From positions 57,246 to 121,245 of the forward strand of contig CAYHHL010000001.1 in NCBI GenBank assembly GCA_964356325.1: 64,000 nt of DNA. The letters are read 5' to 3'. This document shows, piece after piece, positions 52,253 to 61,826 of the stretch; position 1 is the first letter of the stretch, and each line of letters opens with the position of its first letter. This DNA comes from an uncultured Enterobacteriaceae bacterium. GTDB lineage: Bacteria; Myxococcota_A; UBA9042. The translations under genes and the position numbers were made by a program. Below the pieces are notes generated by a model that ran no database searches, was not told the DNA's origin, and saw only the letters and a list, made by a program, of their open reading frames with translations.

Positions 52253-52737
52253 GTCTGCACCGACCCCTTGCCCGTCGCCGCGTCGAACGTGACGGCGTAG
52301 GCCTTGAGAGGTTTGTTTTTGGGCGCGGGGCCGTGCTTGACCGAACCGTCCGCGCCGTATTCCGAGAAGTGGCAACCACACACGAGCACGTTCGCGGTCA
52401 GGTCCCACGAGCCTACGCCGCCGTCCAGCTCGGGCGCGAGGTTGCCGCAAGCCGGATCGTGGCTACACGTACTGCTCAACGCCACGATCTGTTTGTCGGA
52501 AACGCGGATGATCACGAACTTGGAGCCACCCGCTTCGGCGCCGACCATGCCGCCAGCCACCTTCAGCGGCGCGAATCTGGCTTGGGCGAGGTCGAATTCG
52601 AACAGCGCGGCGAATACCGGGCCTTGGTGGACTTCGGCGGTTTCGCAGCCCTGCAATGCGGGAGCGAGCGCGACGGCACAGCCCGCGGCACCAAGGCTGC
52701 ACAGGAACTGACGACGGGAAGGTTCGGTTCGGGTCAT
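52249..52737 (-). CDS. Tat-exported Rieske [2Fe-2S] protein.
   Basis: The twin-arginine motif is SRRQFL. The Rieske boxes are CSHDPAC and CGCHFSEY. Confidence 0.75.
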   Translation of the reverse strand: MTRTEPSRRQFLCSLGAAGCAVALAPALQGCETAEVHQGPVFAALFEFDLAQARFAPLKVAGGMVGAEAGGSKFVIIRVSDKQIVALSSTCSHDPACGNLAPELDGGVGSWDLTANVLVCGCHFSEYGADGSVKHGPAPKNKPLKAYAVTFDAATGKGSVQT

Positions 52738-52914
52738 GGCCTTTTCTGGTCGCCGCGACAGGCGGGCACGGCGAAGCTTTGCAGAAGGTTGCGGACGACA
52801 CAAGCCTTGGCGGTATTGGCAATCCGCGACGCAAAACCGCTGTCCGCACAGGGCTTGCCGCTCCGGGCGAGCGCGACTACGCTGCAAGCTCGGCAAAATC
52901 TCAAGGAGGTCCGC

Positions 52915-54927
52915 GTGCTCACCCTACGACTACTGCTCCGGAGTTGGCCCAGCAAATGCCTCGGAATTCTGGTCGCCTCCGCGTCCCTGCTCGCCGCCGT
53001 GCCCGGCCAAGCCGCGGTGCCGAACAGCCTGGCCGTGCAGGGCGCGTTCCAGGCGCAAAGCGGTGGCCCGGCGTCGGACGGTCAGTACGACGTCACCTTT
53101 CGCTTTTTCAAGGCCGAGCAATTCGGCGATCCGCTTTGGACCGAAGGCCCGGTGCAAATCACCGTGAAGAACGGTCTGTTCAGCTATGCACTGGGCACCA
53201 AGACGCCGATCGCGCCGACGACGTTGGCTGGCCTGCCGCAGGTCTGGCTGGGCGTCCAGATTGCCAGCGAGCCGGAAATGCAGCGCAAAGTCCTGCAGTC
53301 CGTGCCATTCACCCTGCGCGCCGGTCTCGCCGAGGGCCTGGACTGCTCGGGTTGCGTGCAGTTGGCGCAGTTGGCCCCAGATGTGCTGGCCGCGTTCGCC
53401 AAGACCGCGGACTTGTCCAAGGCCGCGGTCACCGGTAGTTACAGCGACTTGAAGAACACACCCGACTTGTCGCAATTCGCCAAGGTCAGCAGCCTCGCCA
53501 ATGTCGCCTTCACCGGCAACTGGGCGGATCTCTCCGGCAAACCCTCGTCGGTCAAGGTCGGCTCGGCGTGCGGCAGCGGTTTGGTCGTGGCGGGCATCGC
53601 GGCGGACGGCAGCCTGCAGTGCGTGGCCAACGGTTCGGTCTTGCCGATCGACGGCCTGGACACGATCTCGAACAATCTCCTGACCGTACACTTCGACGAG
53701 ACCGCGGCGGGCAAGGCCTTCCCGATTCCGGACAACGCGCCCAACGGCTTCAGCGACACCCTGGACTTCCCGGACGTCGGCCTGGCGCAGGCGGTCACGG
53801 TCAGCGTCGACTTGACAAATAGCGACTTGTCATCCATCAAGGTGATGCTGACCGACCCGAATGGCGGCACCTACGTTCTGTTCGACAAGGGCCAGAAAGG
53901 CATCGCGCTCAAGGGCTCTTGGCCCGCGCCCAACGCTACGTTGAGCGGCGACCTGGGCATTTGGATCGGCAAAAGCCTCGCTGGCAAATGGAAACTGAAC
54001 GTCACCGACACCGGCTTCCTGAACAACGGCGTCGACGGCCAGTTGAACGCGTGGTCGATCACCATCCGCACGGTTTCTTCGCAAAAGGTCGCTGCCAACG
54101 CGGGGTTCCAGTTCAAGAGCTACGCCAAGCACCCCGTGGTCTGCAACGCCAGCCAGTTGGGTTTCACCTACATCAGCACGACCGACAAGTCCCTGTACAT
54201 CTGCAATGGTACGGACTTCTACCCGCTCGCGTTGGCGGTGGTCGGCAGCCAGAACAGCCCTGGGCTCTCGTGCAAGGACATTCTCGCCAAGGTGCCAGGC
54301 TCCAAGGACGGCGCGTACTGGCTCAATCCCACGGGATCCGGCGCGTTCCAGACTTGGTGCGACATGACCACGGACGGCGGCGGCTGGACCTTGCTGGCCA
54401 AGGTCGACGGCGCCAAGAACACGTTTGCGTTCGACGCGGGGCTGTGGACCGACACCAACCTGCTCAATGCCGACAAGGTCGCGATGGATACGGCCGAGGC
54501 CAAGTACGCAAGCTTCTTTACCTTGCCGTTCACGCAGATGCGCGTCGGCATGGCTGTGGGGCCGACGACCAAGTACGTGGTGATCAACCAGAAGGCGGAT
54601 TCGCTGCGGGCGCTGATGCAGGGCGCCTACGTGGCCACAGGAGTGGGTCGCAACGCATGGAAGTCCTTGATCGGAGGCTCTTCCTTGCAGGCGAACTGCA
54701 ACCTCGAAGGCTTCAATCCGGACTGCGGCGGCCGCAAGGTGCGCATCGGCATCGTCACCAACCAGGAGGGCGACTGCAATTCCTGTGATTCCTACCTGGG
54801 CTTCGGTCACACCGGCCAGGGCGGTTGCGGCGGCGTCGGCGCGGGCTACACCGGCAACATGGCGAGTTGCACCGCGGACAACGGCGACCTGAACATCAAC
54901 AGCGTCGGCTACTTGTTCGCGCGCTGA
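52915..54927 (+). CDS. Secreted protein with a proprotein-convertase P-domain and a C-terminal fibrinogen-related domain.
   Basis: AAGGAGG lies 5 nt upstream of a GTG start and a signal peptide follows. The P-domain-like segment is VSVDLTNSDLSSIKVMLTDPNGGTYVLF...GKWKLNVTDTG...LNAWSITI. The fibrinogen-domain-like segment is CKDILAKVPGSKDGAYWLNPTGSGAFQTWCDMTTDGGGWTLLAKVDG. Confidence 0.65.
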   Translation: MLTLRLLLRSWPSKCLGILVASASLLAAVPGQAAVPNSLAVQGAFQAQSGGPASDGQYDVTFRFFKAEQFGDPLWTEGPVQITVKNGLFSYALGTKTPIAPTTLAGLPQVWLGVQIASEPEMQRKVLQSVPFTLRAGLAEGLDCSGCVQLAQLAPDVLAAFAKTADLSKAAVTGSYSDLKNTPDLSQFAKVSSLANVAFTGNWADLSGKPSSVKVGSACGSGLVVAGIAADGSLQCVANGSVLPIDGLDTISNNLLTVHFDETAAGKAFPIPDNAPNGFSDTLDFPDVGLAQAVTVSVDLTNSDLSSIKVMLTDPNGGTYVLFDKGQKGIALKGSWPAPNATLSGDLGIWIGKSLAGKWKLNVTDTGFLNNGVDGQLNAWSITIRTVSSQKVAANAGFQFKSYAKHPVVCNASQLGFTYISTTDKSLYICNGTDFYPLALAVVGSQNSPGLSCKDILAKVPGSKDGAYWLNPTGSGAFQTWCDMTTDGGGWTLLAKVDGAKNTFAFDAGLWTDTNLLNADKVAMDTAEAKYASFFTLPFTQMRVGMAVGPTTKYVVINQKADSLRALMQGAYVATGVGRNAWKSLIGGSSLQANCNLEGFNPDCGGRKVRIGIVTNQEGDCNSCDSYLGFGHTGQGGCGGVGAGYTGNMASCTADNGDLNINSVGYLFAR

Positions 54928-54955
54928 CGTCCCCAGATCCTCCGGCGCGGCAGGG

Positions 54956-55909
54956 CTACGGCCAGGGTCCGAGCCAGAGGATGTCGTACCAGCCAGGCGC
55001 ATCCTCGTCTTCAGGTGCCTTGCGGTAGTTGGCGAGGATGAAGGCCTTGGCTTGCACGGGCATCACGCACTGTGCGGTGTAGACGTGCCCCCAAGTGACG
55101 ATCGCGATGGCCGACGGCAACTTGGGGTAGGGCGTCAGGACATAGCGAAACGGACCGCTGTCGTCGGGGGCAATGGACTTGGCCAATGCCCGCAGCGCAT
55201 CCACCGTGGTTTTCGGCGCGCAAGGGTTGTACAGGAAGGCTTCAGCGCCGTGCTCGAGGTTGTGCAACCAACGCTGTTGCGGCAGGAAGCTGAACTCGCC
55301 GAATTTCCCCCACATCGGCCGGTGCGGTCCCGACGACGGCGGCAGATCCGCGTAGGTGATCGCCGTCGGCAGGTCGATGTGCTGACCCGGCAGCTGGACC
55401 GGCGCCGTCGTCACGCCATCTACGCAACTGCTTGGTATCCACCCTGGATCCGTGCACGACCAATCGACGCCGATCAGGTCCACGTTGGTCGCTCCGCCGG
55501 GTACGTCCAGCGCTGAAACGTCCGCGTCGCCGACTGCGTCCACCGAACCCGAGCTGTCCGTGCCGCTGCCGGCATCGGGTGCCACTTCGGCCACGTCGCT
55601 GACGTCAGCCACCGCGCCCACGTCCTGCACGACATCCGGGACTGCGCTGATGTCCAGAACGACATCAGGGACTTCCGAAACATCGCTGACCGAGGCTACG
55701 TCTGGCAGGGTCGCCGCGTCGCCGGTGTCGCCATCCGCTGACGAATCCAGGCCAGCCGAGTCCGCCCCGGGCACCACGGCATCACCTGCTGTTTCAGCGA
55801 GTTGCCCATCACCGCTGGCGTCCGCTGAGGGCGCGGCTGCGACGTCCGGAACCTCGCGGGTCGGCGTGCAGGCGGCGAGTGTGAGGAAAGCTAATGACAT
55901 GATACGCAT
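54956..55909 (-). CDS. DUF3105-family lipoprotein with an acidic low-complexity linker.
   Basis: The signal is MRIMSLAFLTLAAC. The linker is rich in D/V/S/A repeats. The conserved C-terminus reads GPHRPMWGKFGEF...NLEHGAEAFLYNPCA...VTWGHVY. Confidence 0.55.
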   Translation of the reverse strand: MRIMSLAFLTLAACTPTREVPDVAAAPSADASGDGQLAETAGDAVVPGADSAGLDSSADGDTGDAATLPDVASVSDVSEVPDVVLDISAVPDVVQDVGAVADVSDVAEVAPDAGSGTDSSGSVDAVGDADVSALDVPGGATNVDLIGVDWSCTDPGWIPSSCVDGVTTAPVQLPGQHIDLPTAITYADLPPSSGPHRPMWGKFGEFSFLPQQRWLHNLEHGAEAFLYNPCAPKTTVDALRALAKSIAPDDSGPFRYVLTPYPKLPSAIAIVTWGHVYTAQCVMPVQAKAFILANYRKAPEDEDAPGWYDILWLGPWP

Positions 55910-55956
55910 GGGTAATTCCACGGGAGAAGAGAAGAAATCCAGGCGAAGCGGCCAGG

Positions 55957-57804
55957 TCACGCCGCCGACCGCTCGTCGGCCTCGGCCACGACCTGATGCT
56001 CGACCAGTCGCCGGTACACGCCGCCCTTGGCCATCAGTTCCTCGTGGCGACCTTGCTCGACCAGCTTGCCGTGCTCCATGACCGCGATCATGTCGGCATC
56101 CCGCACGGTCGAAAGCCGGTGGGCGATGATCAGCGTCGTGCGGTTCTTCATGAGGCGTTGCAAGGCCTTCTGGACCAGGGACTCGCTCTCGGCGTCCAGG
56201 TTCGAAGTCGCCTCGTCCAGGATCAGCACGCGCGGATCCGCCAACACTGCCCGGGCAATCGCGATGCGCTGGCGCTGTCCGCCCGAAAGCTGCACGCCGC
56301 GTTCACCGACCAAGGTGTCGTAACCGCTGGAGAAGCCGGTGATGAACTCGTGGGCGTGGGCGTCACGCGCGGCCGATTCGACCTGCTCCTGGGTGGCATC
56401 GTGCTGTCCGAATGCGATGTTGTCCCGGATCGTTCCCGAGAACAGCACCGGCTCCTGCGCCACGATGGCGATGCGTTTGCGCAAGTCCGACAGCTTGACC
56501 GTGCGCACGTCTACGCCGTCGAACAGGACACGACCACCCGTGACATCCTGGAAACGCTGCAGAAGTGCCGTCAACGTGGTCTTGCCCGCGCCAGACTGGC
56601 CGACCAGCGCCACGGATTGGCCCGGTTGCACGTCCAGAGTAATGCCTTGCAGCACGGGCTGATCCGGCCGGGTCGGGTAGTCAAACCGCACGTCTTCGAA
56701 GCGCACCGCCGGCTGACCGGGATGCAACTGCCGGGCATCGGCCAGGGCCACGGGGTGCTCCGGATCGCGGATCGCCGGTTCCGTCCTGAGGATTTCGAAG
56801 ATCCGGTCGGTCGCGCCCGACGCCCGCTGCAGCGCACCGCCCAGACTGGCCAGCGCGCCCACCGAAGCTGCGACCATGACGGTATACAGCAGGAAGGACA
56901 GCAACTTGCCGCCGGTGATGTGGCCTGCGACGACCTCCTTGCCGCCTATCCACAGGATCGCCGACATCGCCACGGAAACTGCCAGCGTCACGATGGAAAA
57001 CAGCGACGCCCGCCAACGGATGAGATGCACCGACTGGGTGAATGCCGCGCCGATGTTGCCCCGGTAGGTCTCGCCTTCACGCTTCTCGCGCACGAAGGAC
57101 TGCACGGTTTGCATCGCCGAAACCACTTCCTCCACCCGTGTCGAAGTCAGGGCGTGGCGATCCTGAACCGCGCGCGACAACACCCGGACTTTACGGCCGA
57201 ACCACACCATGAACAGCACCAGCGGTGGCACGATGCTGAGCATGATGAAGGTCAGCTTCGGGTTTTCGATGAACAGCATCACCACGCCGCCGACCAGGGT
57301 CAGGGTGTGGCGCAAAGCCATGGAAAGTTCCGTACCTACCAGGCCATCGATGACCGTGACGTCGCTCGACAGCCGCGACATGATCTCGCCGGTGTGGCGC
57401 TGGTGGTACCAGGTCGGCGGCAGGGTCAGCAGCTTGTCGAAGACGCGAACCCGCAGATCCGCGACGATCTTCTCGCCCAGCCAACTCATCAGGTAGTGGC
57501 GGATCCAGATGAACAAGGCCTGGACGAGCGCCACGACGATGAGTATTTCCGCAATGAGATTCAACTGGTGCCCGGTCTTGTCAGCCAGCGCCCGGTCCAC
57601 CGCCTCGCGCGCCGCCTGCGGGTACACGAGCCCGAGTCCGGCCGACACCAGCAGCGAAAGGGTCGCCAGCCAGAATCGTGACTTGTACGGCGTCATCATC
57701 TGCAGGAGCTGCATGAGCGGGCCGAGACTCTTGGACGGCGGCGCTTCGGCCCCTGTTTTCGCGAACACGTGCTTGGCCATGACGGACTCCGGGAACTGCA
57801 GCAA
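55957..57804 (-). CDS. ABC transporter fused permease/ATPase (MsbA-like exporter).
   Basis: Six TM helices are followed by Walker A GQSGAGKTT, the signature LSGGQRQRIAIARA and Walker B ILILDEATS. Confidence 0.85.
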   Translation of the reverse strand: MLQFPESVMAKHVFAKTGAEAPPSKSLGPLMQLLQMMTPYKSRFWLATLSLLVSAGLGLVYPQAAREAVDRALADKTGHQLNLIAEILIVVALVQALFIWIRHYLMSWLGEKIVADLRVRVFDKLLTLPPTWYHQRHTGEIMSRLSSDVTVIDGLVGTELSMALRHTLTLVGGVVMLFIENPKLTFIMLSIVPPLVLFMVWFGRKVRVLSRAVQDRHALTSTRVEEVVSAMQTVQSFVREKREGETYRGNIGAAFTQSVHLIRWRASLFSIVTLAVSVAMSAILWIGGKEVVAGHITGGKLLSFLLYTVMVAASVGALASLGGALQRASGATDRIFEILRTEPAIRDPEHPVALADARQLHPGQPAVRFEDVRFDYPTRPDQPVLQGITLDVQPGQSVALVGQSGAGKTTLTALLQRFQDVTGGRVLFDGVDVRTVKLSDLRKRIAIVAQEPVLFSGTIRDNIAFGQHDATQEQVESAARDAHAHEFITGFSSGYDTLVGERGVQLSGGQRQRIAIARAVLADPRVLILDEATSNLDAESESLVQKALQRLMKNRTTLIIAHRLSTVRDADMIAVMEHGKLVEQGRHEELMAKGGVYRRLVEHQVVAEADERSAA

Positions 57805-57907
57805 GAACGGGCAATAGGCGGGCGCCGGGATCGATGGGCGCCACGGCCTGCACAGGTTAGGACGTCATGCGATCAGCACAAGGCTTCACGGCCGGCGGCA
57901 CAGGGCT

Positions 57908-59584
57908 TCAGGGCCGGCGCACGACCAAGGCCTGGAATTCAGAAGGCACCAGCCCCATGACGCGCTCGCCGACCGGCCGGAACTGCAGGCCTTCGATGCG
58001 ATCCGGCCGCAGCTTGCCGGCGCAGGCCAGGGCCAACTGGTCGGGCGTCAAGGCGCGCTTTTGCAGATCGGCACCGACGGAACGCAGCAGATACCTGAGG
58101 TTGCGAAACTGTGTGCGCGTCGACGATAAGACCCACACGTCGGGTTGCAGACCGAGCAGGAGCGGCAACGGTTCGAGCGTCGCCTCCAGCCCCAAAGCGC
58201 GGGCGACTTGCATGAGGTGGCCGAAATGCACGGACCATTCAGCATGATCCAGGTGGGTGGACTCGATCGGGAACTGGTTTTCGCCGCCGAACTCCGTCAG
58301 CACCGCGCGGCCGCCGGGCTTCAGCGCCAGGGCCAGCCGCTCGATCAGCCGAGTCGCGCCCACCTGGATCGGCACGGGTTCCGGAGCCTTGTGCGTGTCC
58401 AGCGCGTACTTGCGCACCAGTTCCAGCGCCTCGGCGTCGGTTTGCTCGTCCGGTGTTCCCGACGCGAGCGCGGGCCGGGTCACGAAGCCGATGCGGAAGT
58501 CCGCGATCACTTCGTTGCTGACGAGCAGATCTACTGACGCATCAGGCAGTTCCAGGTGTTCTGCGTGACCCGTGACCGCCTGCGCGTGAGCCGCGAACGG
58601 AGCCAGGCGCGCGACCTGGGCGGCATGCAACGCCGGCGAAACGTCGACCACGGTGTAGTGCAGGTCGGGGATGTGCGGCAGCAGCGCCTCGACCACGCCC
58701 GCGGCGAAACGGCCTGTACCTCCACCTACTTCGACGATGCGACCGCGCCCCGGCCCGATCCAGTCGCGCAGCAGCAGCTTGTGCGCGAAAGCCTGAGCAA
58801 AGGTGTGACCTTCCAGCGCGGGGTGCGGATCGCTGAACAGGTGGGAAAGCGTCGTCTCCAACTCCTCGAACTGCGCTTCCGAATCGGCGATCGTCTCCGC
58901 GTGGTAGCCAGTCAGATCGCGCTGCTTGGCATCGTCGTGCACCTCCTCACCGAACGGTGGGTAAGGCATCGTACTGGTGACATAAGGCGGTAGGCGCGTG
59001 TACTTGCTGCGCGGCTGGGTCAGCACGCGCGTCAACTGCCGGGAGGCGTGCGTCCAGGCGGCGATCGAAACCACCGCGCGCCCCAGGTCCGAGTTGGTTT
59101 CGCCGTCGAACAGTTCCGTCAGCGATGCCGCGATTTGCCGCGTGGTCCTCTCGCCATCGATGCTGCGCCACAACTCGGACTGCCACGGATCCAAGGCCAG
59201 CATCTGCGGTTGCGCGTAGGGCTCGGGACCGAAACCGCGGCTGGTCACTGCGGTCACGTTGCCGTCATCCGCACGATAAGCGAGGATCCACGGGCCCTTG
59301 ACCGGCACCGCCTCGACCAGCGCATCGAGTTCCTGGTCGCCGGGCGGCACGAGCACGCGCTGTTGCACGAACACGCCGACGAACTGGCCGATCTGCTCGC
59401 GGGCAAACGTCCCGGTGAAGTGCGTGACCGCCTCCTCGGCGGTGTGCGGCTCGGCGAAGAAGTCGAGGAATGCCTTGAGGTCCGCGGACATCTCGAGCAG
59501 GTAGCCGAACAGGTCGTGGTAGAGGAACACGGCCTCGCCACGCTGGAACCAGGAGAGATGCTGCGATCGGATGAACGGGTCCAC
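57908..59584 (-). CDS. Class I SAM-dependent methyltransferase with an N-terminal extension of unknown function, possibly a PqqD-like fold.
   Basis: Motif I reads IVEVGGGTGRFAAGV and a post-I acidic loop DLLVSNEVIADF follows. The N-terminal ~110 aa are LSWFQRGEAVFLYHDLFGYLLEMSADLKAFLDFF... Confidence 0.6.
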   Translation of the reverse strand: MDPFIRSQHLSWFQRGEAVFLYHDLFGYLLEMSADLKAFLDFFAEPHTAEEAVTHFTGTFAREQIGQFVGVFVQQRVLVPPGDQELDALVEAVPVKGPWILAYRADDGNVTAVTSRGFGPEPYAQPQMLALDPWQSELWRSIDGERTTRQIAASLTELFDGETNSDLGRAVVSIAAWTHASRQLTRVLTQPRSKYTRLPPYVTSTMPYPPFGEEVHDDAKQRDLTGYHAETIADSEAQFEELETTLSHLFSDPHPALEGHTFAQAFAHKLLLRDWIGPGRGRIVEVGGGTGRFAAGVVEALLPHIPDLHYTVVDVSPALHAAQVARLAPFAAHAQAVTGHAEHLELPDASVDLLVSNEVIADFRIGFVTRPALASGTPDEQTDAEALELVRKYALDTHKAPEPVPIQVGATRLIERLALALKPGGRAVLTEFGGENQFPIESTHLDHAEWSVHFGHLMQVARALGLEATLEPLPLLLGLQPDVWVLSSTRTQFRNLRYLLRSVGADLQKRALTPDQLALACAGKLRPDRIEGLQFRPVGERVMGLVPSEFQALVVRRP

Positions 59585-59623
59585 AGGTGTCCTCGCCGAA
59601 GAAGGCCTTGCGATATATCAGGT

Positions 59624-60682
59624 TTAGGCTGACGCGGGAACTTGCTGCGTAACACAATGGATATTTCCGTACTGAGTCACCAGGGCACGGCCATCGATGC
59701 CGATGACCTGCCGATCCGGCATCAGGTCGCGCAGGATCGCCAGCGCCTCGGCGTCGGTCGGTTGCTCGAACACCGGCACCAGCACCTTGCCATTCGCGAT
59801 GTAGAAGTTCGCATAGCTCGCCGGAAGATGCTCCCCGGCAAAGGAAATCGGCTCAGGCACCGGCAACGTCTCGATCCGGAAGGGCTGCCCAGCGACGCCG
59901 CGCATCGCCTGCAGTCGCGCCAGGTTGTCCGCCATCGCCGCGCAGTCCGGATGCCCTGGCACCGGCCGCACCGCCACGATGGTATCCGCCGTCACGAACC
60001 GCGCGATGTCGTCGATGTGCCCGTCGGTGTCGTCGCCTTCCAACCCCGCGCCCAGCCAATGCAATCGCTCCACGCCCAGGTGCAGACGCAGGCTCGCTTC
60101 GACCTCTTGCCGGGTCAGGTGCGGATTGCGGTTGGTATGGAGCAGGACGGCCTCGGTCGTCAGCAAGTCCCCGCAACCGTTCACTTCCAGCGATCCGCCT
60201 TCCATCACCAGGCCCGGTTGCACGCGCGGCAGGCCGAAGGACTCGTTCATCTGCCGCGGAATCAGGTTGTCCAGCCCCGAGGCGAACTTGCCGCCCCAGG
60301 CGTTGAACTCCCAGTCCAGCATCGCGACCGGCGGCGTCCCCGCGGGCGCATCCGGGCGCGCGGTCACGAAGATCGGCCCATGGTCGCGGGCCCAGACATC
60401 GTCGCTGTCGATCGCATGCCAAACGATCTGGCGCAGATCGCCACCTGCCGCGCGGATCGACGCCTCGGCGCGGTGCCGCCACTCCAGATCGGGCACGTTG
60501 ACGTGGACTTGTTCGACTTCGCTCAGTTCTGCGGCGAGCCGGGCAAAGGTGTCCTCGACGGCGCCGTGGACGCCCCGCCAGATTTCGGGCCGACGTGGCC
60601 AGGTGAGAATCGTACCTGAATGCGCAAACCACTCGGCAGGCATACGGAAGTGGCGAATGTCGAGAACGGCGTGCTGGACCAT
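59624..60682 (-). CDS. aguA: Agmatine deiminase.
   Basis: FRMPAEWFAHSGTILTWP matches the agmatine deiminase N-terminus. The C-terminal catalytic Cys lies in GNIHCVTQQ. Confidence 0.8.
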   Translation of the reverse strand: MVQHAVLDIRHFRMPAEWFAHSGTILTWPRRPEIWRGVHGAVEDTFARLAAELSEVEQVHVNVPDLEWRHRAEASIRAAGGDLRQIVWHAIDSDDVWARDHGPIFVTARPDAPAGTPPVAMLDWEFNAWGGKFASGLDNLIPRQMNESFGLPRVQPGLVMEGGSLEVNGCGDLLTTEAVLLHTNRNPHLTRQEVEASLRLHLGVERLHWLGAGLEGDDTDGHIDDIARFVTADTIVAVRPVPGHPDCAAMADNLARLQAMRGVAGQPFRIETLPVPEPISFAGEHLPASYANFYIANGKVLVPVFEQPTDAEALAILRDLMPDRQVIGIDGRALVTQYGNIHCVTQQVPASA

Positions 60683-60764
60683 GGGCGGATCCGGAAGCGT
60701 GCGCGTCGGATGTCGACGGCGAGCGTGATGGGGTAGCGGCGCGGCATGGCATCGTGCAAACGCT

Positions 60765-61721
60765 TCATCGCGAGGGCTCCCTTTCGTGTGGTAAAGGATC
60801 GTGATCTGAAGCAGAAGTGGCGGGGACAGAAGCGGTTTGGTGCGGCGTGGCTTGATCGGCGAGGAAGCGGTGACGCAGCCCACCGTACAGATCCGGGCGC
60901 CGATCGCGAAAGAACGGCCACCAGTTGCGCACGTCACGGGACCGGTCGCGATCGCAGCGGACGATCAAGGTTTCGGCTTCGTCGCGCCCCGCTTCGGCCA
61001 ACATTTCGCCCTGGGGACCGGCACAAAACGTGTGCCCCCAGAAGTTTATTCCGCCCTCGCGGCCGACCCGGTTGACCGCGGCGACGTACAAACCGTTGGC
61101 GATCGCGTGGCTGCGTTGGATCGTGCGCCAGGCGTCGAGTTGCCTGGCGTGCTCCTCGAGCGGTTCGCTGTCGATGCTGCCAATCGCGGTCGGGTAGACG
61201 AGCACTTCGGCGCCGCGCAGGGCAGTCTCGCGGGCCGCTTCTGGAAACCACTGGTCCCAGCAGATCAGCACGCCGACCTTGGCGAATTTCGTCTCGAAAA
61301 TGCGGAAACCCTCGTCGCCGGGGGTGAAGTAGAACTTCTCGGCGTACAAAGGGTCGTTGGGAATGTGCGACTTGCGGTAGCGGCCGAGATAGCTGCCATC
61401 GGCGTCCAACACCGCGGTAGTATTGTAGTACAGCCCGGGTGCCGCCTCTTCGAACAGCGAGGCCACGATGACCACGCCCAGTTCGCCCGCCAGATCGCCC
61501 AGCCTTTGTGTCGTCGGCCCCGGTACGGCTTCGGCAAGATCGAAGTGCGCGGGCTCCATGTCCTGGCAGAAGTACGCACTGCGGAACAATTCGGGCAAGA
61601 CCACGATCTGCGCACCCCGAGCGGCCGCTGCGCGCACTTCCGCAATCGCGCTGCCGAGTTGATCGGCTCCGCTGGCGTTGGCGCGCAACTGCAGAAGACC
61701 AAGGGTGAACGGCGGGCGCAT
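60765..61721 (-). CDS. aguB: N-carbamoylputrescine amidohydrolase (nitrilase/CN-hydrolase superfamily).
   Basis: The catalytic Cys lies in VVLPELF...RKSHIP...VGVLICWDQWFPE. The gene is adjacent to aguA. Confidence 0.8.
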   Translation of the reverse strand: MRPPFTLGLLQLRANASGADQLGSAIAEVRAAAARGAQIVVLPELFRSAYFCQDMEPAHFDLAEAVPGPTTQRLGDLAGELGVVIVASLFEEAAPGLYYNTTAVLDADGSYLGRYRKSHIPNDPLYAEKFYFTPGDEGFRIFETKFAKVGVLICWDQWFPEAARETALRGAEVLVYPTAIGSIDSEPLEEHARQLDAWRTIQRSHAIANGLYVAAVNRVGREGGINFWGHTFCAGPQGEMLAEAGRDEAETLIVRCDRDRSRDVRNWWPFFRDRRPDLYGGLRHRFLADQATPHQTASVPATSASDHDPLPHEREPSR

Positions 61722-61826
61722 CGCGTCTCCGGTCTGACGGTGGACCGCCAAGGTAGCGATTCCCGGCCAAGCGACATAGCCGCTCGCCGGGCCTGGGTCA
61801 AATACAGAGGAACCGGGAACAGAAAT

